Positions 62,072 through 64,000 of a DNA stretch of 64,000 nt are shown one piece after another. Position numbers and translations under genes: made by a program. The number at the start of each line of letters is the position of its first letter. The stretch's first letter is position 1. Source of the stretch: Clostridiales bacterium (GTDB lineage Bacteria; Bacillota; Clostridia; Christensenellales; JAISNN01). Where the stretch lies: positions 2,502 to 66,501 of the forward strand of contig JAITOU010000042.1 in NCBI GenBank assembly GCA_031289755.1, read 5' to 3'. The notes under the pieces are model-generated. The model had not been told where the DNA came from, made no database searches, and was given only the letters and a program-made list of their open reading frames with translations.

Positions 62072-64000
62072 TCATACGGGGAATAAGATTTCCGAGTAGG
62101 TAGGGAACGGCCAATACGACGTGGCGACCTGCGTTTCCAATTCGTCGGCGACGTTGCGGACGGCGGACATGGCGTCGATGACGGTCGCGGAATAAAAGTG
62201 AGCTTTTTCTTCGATATTCTCGATGTCCTTAGCCTTTGCGAGAGCTTTGTCGAGCTTGGCGACGGCGGCTTGCAGGGTGTCCTTTAAGGCACTGAGCTTG
62301 GATATGACCGTTATGTCGTTGGATACGTCAATCGAAAGCTTTTGGCGGCGGAGCGTTGACTCCGTGATGTCCGAAAGATATGAATAGACGGCGGGGATTA
62401 TGGCTTTTTTGGCGATATCGACGACGGTCAGGGCTTCTATATTGATGACCTTCCAATAGCCTTCGAGAAGGATTTCGTGACGGCTCAGCACTTCCTTTTC
62501 GGTCAGAATGCCGTGATTGATAAATAGGTCGATGTTTTTCTTTTTGATGAAATACGGCACGGCTTCGACGGTATTTTTTAGGTTGAGCAGTCCGCGTTTT
62601 TTGGCTTCCTTAGTCCATTCGTCGGAATAGTTGTTGCCGTTAAAGATGATTTGCTTGTTGTTCTTGACGGTATCTTTGATGATTTCGAGAGAAGCCTTGA
62701 CGATATCGTCCTTGCCTTCGAGAACGTCGGCAAACTGACGCAATTCTTCCGCCACTATCGTATTGAGTACGAAGTTAGGACCTGAAATAGACTGCGACGA
62801 ACCGAGCATACGAAATTCAAATTTGTTGCCGGTAAAGGCGAAAGGCGACGTGCGGTTTCTGTCGGTGGTGTCCTTGATAAATTCGGGAATGTAGGACACG
62901 TTGCTCTTCATTTTTTCTTCTTCCTTAGAAGCATAGCCGTTTGAAGACTCGATTGATTCGAGAACGTTGGTCAATTCGCTGCCGAGATAGACGGAGATGA
63001 TTGCCGGCGGCGCTTCGTTCGCACCCAAACGGTGGTCGTTTGCCGCGCTTGCGGCGGACACTCTGAGCAAATCCTGATATTCGTTGACCGCCTTTATGAT
63101 AGCGGCAAGAAAGAGCAGAAAGCGCGTATTGTTCTCAGGGTTTTTGCCGGGGTCTAAGAGATTCTCACCCGAGTCGGTGGAGATAGACCAATTGTTGTGC
63201 TTGCCGCTGCCGTTTATTCCGGCGAAGGGTTTTTCGTGGAGCAGACAGACGAGCTTGTGCTTTTTGGCGACCTTTCTCATCATGTCCATTGTCAGCTGGT
63301 TTTGGTCGACGGCGATATTCGCGGTCGAAAAAACGGGAGCAAGCTCATGCTGCGACGGAGCGACCTCGTTGTGTTCGGTCTTTGCCGAGATGCCGAGCTT
63401 CCAAAGCTCGCGGTCTAAGTCGTGCATATATTCGAGTACGTTTTGTTTGAGTGTGCCGAAATAGTGGTCTTCAAGCTCCTGACCCTTAGGCGGCTTCGCG
63501 CCGAAAAGCGTTCTGCCCGTCAAAATAAGGTCCTTTCTCTGCTTGTAATGCTCTTCGCTTATGAGAAAATATTCCTGCTCCGAGCCGATTGTCGCATATA
63601 TGCGTTTTGCGGGCGTTCCGAATAATTTGAGTATGCGCAATGCCTGATTGTTAAGGGCTTCCATAGAGCGGAGCAGGGGAGTTTTTTTGTCGAGAGCTTC
63701 GCCGCCGTAGGAGCAAAATGCCGTAGGAATAAACAAAGTGTTTTCTTTGAGAAAGGCATACGACGTAGGGTCCCAAGCCGTATAACCTCTGGCTTCAAAG
63801 GTCGCTCTGAGTCCGCCCGACGGAAAGCTCGAAGCGTCCGGCTCGCCCTTTATCAATTCTTTGCCGGAAAATTCCATAATGACGCTGCCGTCGCCGACGG
63901 GGGAAATAAAGCTGTCGTGCTTTTCGGCGGTTATGCCGGTCATCGGCTGAAACCAATGCGTAAAATGCGTCGCGCCTTTTTCGAGAGCCCAATCCTTCAT
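62072..64000 (-). CDS. glnN: Glutamine synthetase type III, N-terminus cut by the window edge
   Basis: [29 protein letters not shown]... matches the GSIII region about 75 aa from the N-terminus. 642 aa are present; stop at 62072. Confidence 0.8.
   Translation of the reverse strand: MKDWALEKGATHFTHWFQPMTGITAEKHDSFISPVGDGSVIMEFSGKELIKGEPDASSFPSGGLRATFEARGYTAWDPTSYAFLKENTLFIPTAFCSYGGEALDKKTPLLRSMEALNNQALRILKLFGTPAKRIYATIGSEQEYFLISEEHYKQRKDLILTGRTLFGAKPPKGQELEDHYFGTLKQNVLEYMHDLDRELWKLGISAKTEHNEVAPSQHELAPVFSTANIAVDQNQLTMDMMRKVAKKHKLVCLLHEKPFAGINGSGKHNNWSISTDSGENLLDPGKNPENNTRFLLFLAAIIKAVNEYQDLLRVSAASAANDHRLGANEAPPAIISVYLGSELTNVLESIESSNGYASKEEEKMKSNVSYIPEFIKDTTDRNRTSPFAFTGNKFEFRMLGSSQSISGPNFVLNTIVAEELRQFADVLEGKDDIVKASLEIIKDTVKNNKQIIFNGNNYSDEWTKEAKKRGLLNLKNTVEAVPYFIKKKNIDLFINHGILTEKEVLSRHEILLEGYWKVINIEALTVVDIAKKAIIPAVYSYLSDITESTLRRQKLSIDVSNDITVISKLSALKDTLQAAVAKLDKALAKAKDIENIEEKAHFYSATVIDAMSAVRNVADELETQVATSYWPFPTYSEILFPV

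Overview
This 64-kb chromosomal window looks like a spore-forming Clostridia-type Firmicute: it carries spoIIE, cwlD, a BclA-like collagen protein, pth-mfd and a type III glutamine synthetase. All calls come from reading the sequence and ORF translations by eye. No searches or folding programs were run, and domain names rest on motif recognition.

Gene content:
- Three giant surface proteins: two tandem YDG/MBG-repeat paralogs with C-terminal TM anchors, and one beta-helix protein with 10 FIVAR repeats and a Big_2 domain, next to a GH5 glycanase.
- A BspA-type LRR lipoprotein and a LysR regulator.
- Two tandem acyl-CoA ligase paralogs.
- A deacetylase / sugar kinase operon and a GPH-family sugar symporter.
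- Two tandem polytopic acyltransferase-like paralogs.
- An orphan recF, then cvpA, pth and mfd.
- A rubredoxin-FprA pair (the rubredoxin is missing from the ORF track), a flavodoxin and ispE.
- A partial glnN at the right edge.

I found no rRNA, tRNA, CRISPR array, transposase, integrase or reverse transcriptase.

Most notable observations:
1. A ~160-bp TA-flanked, long-hairpin, MITE-like element occurs in 3 full copies plus 1 solo end, with compensatory arm changes between copies.
2. A 0.5-kb non-coding locus has convergent consensus promoters, a shared bidirectional terminator, an SD-sequestered 20-aa hydrophobic ORF (apparently truncated by one MITE copy) and a tandem-repeat small RNA. This is type I toxin-antitoxin-like.
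3. Two accessory islands are built around orphan AAA+ ATPases with PD-(D/E)xK-like tails.
   - The first (36.4-40.6 kb) adds an XRE regulator, a triple zinc-ribbon protein and a Schlafen/AlbA_2 protein behind an 11-copy TGAATT iteron array that flanks an AT-rich core.
   - The second (58.9-61.8 kb) has one ATPase gene bracketed by 81-bp near-identical direct repeats made of GTTTTGCGG palindromes.
4. There are several intergenic palindrome families, recurrent degenerate duplications of gene 3' ends, and a DnaA-box cluster.

None of these candidate systems can be proven from sequence alone.
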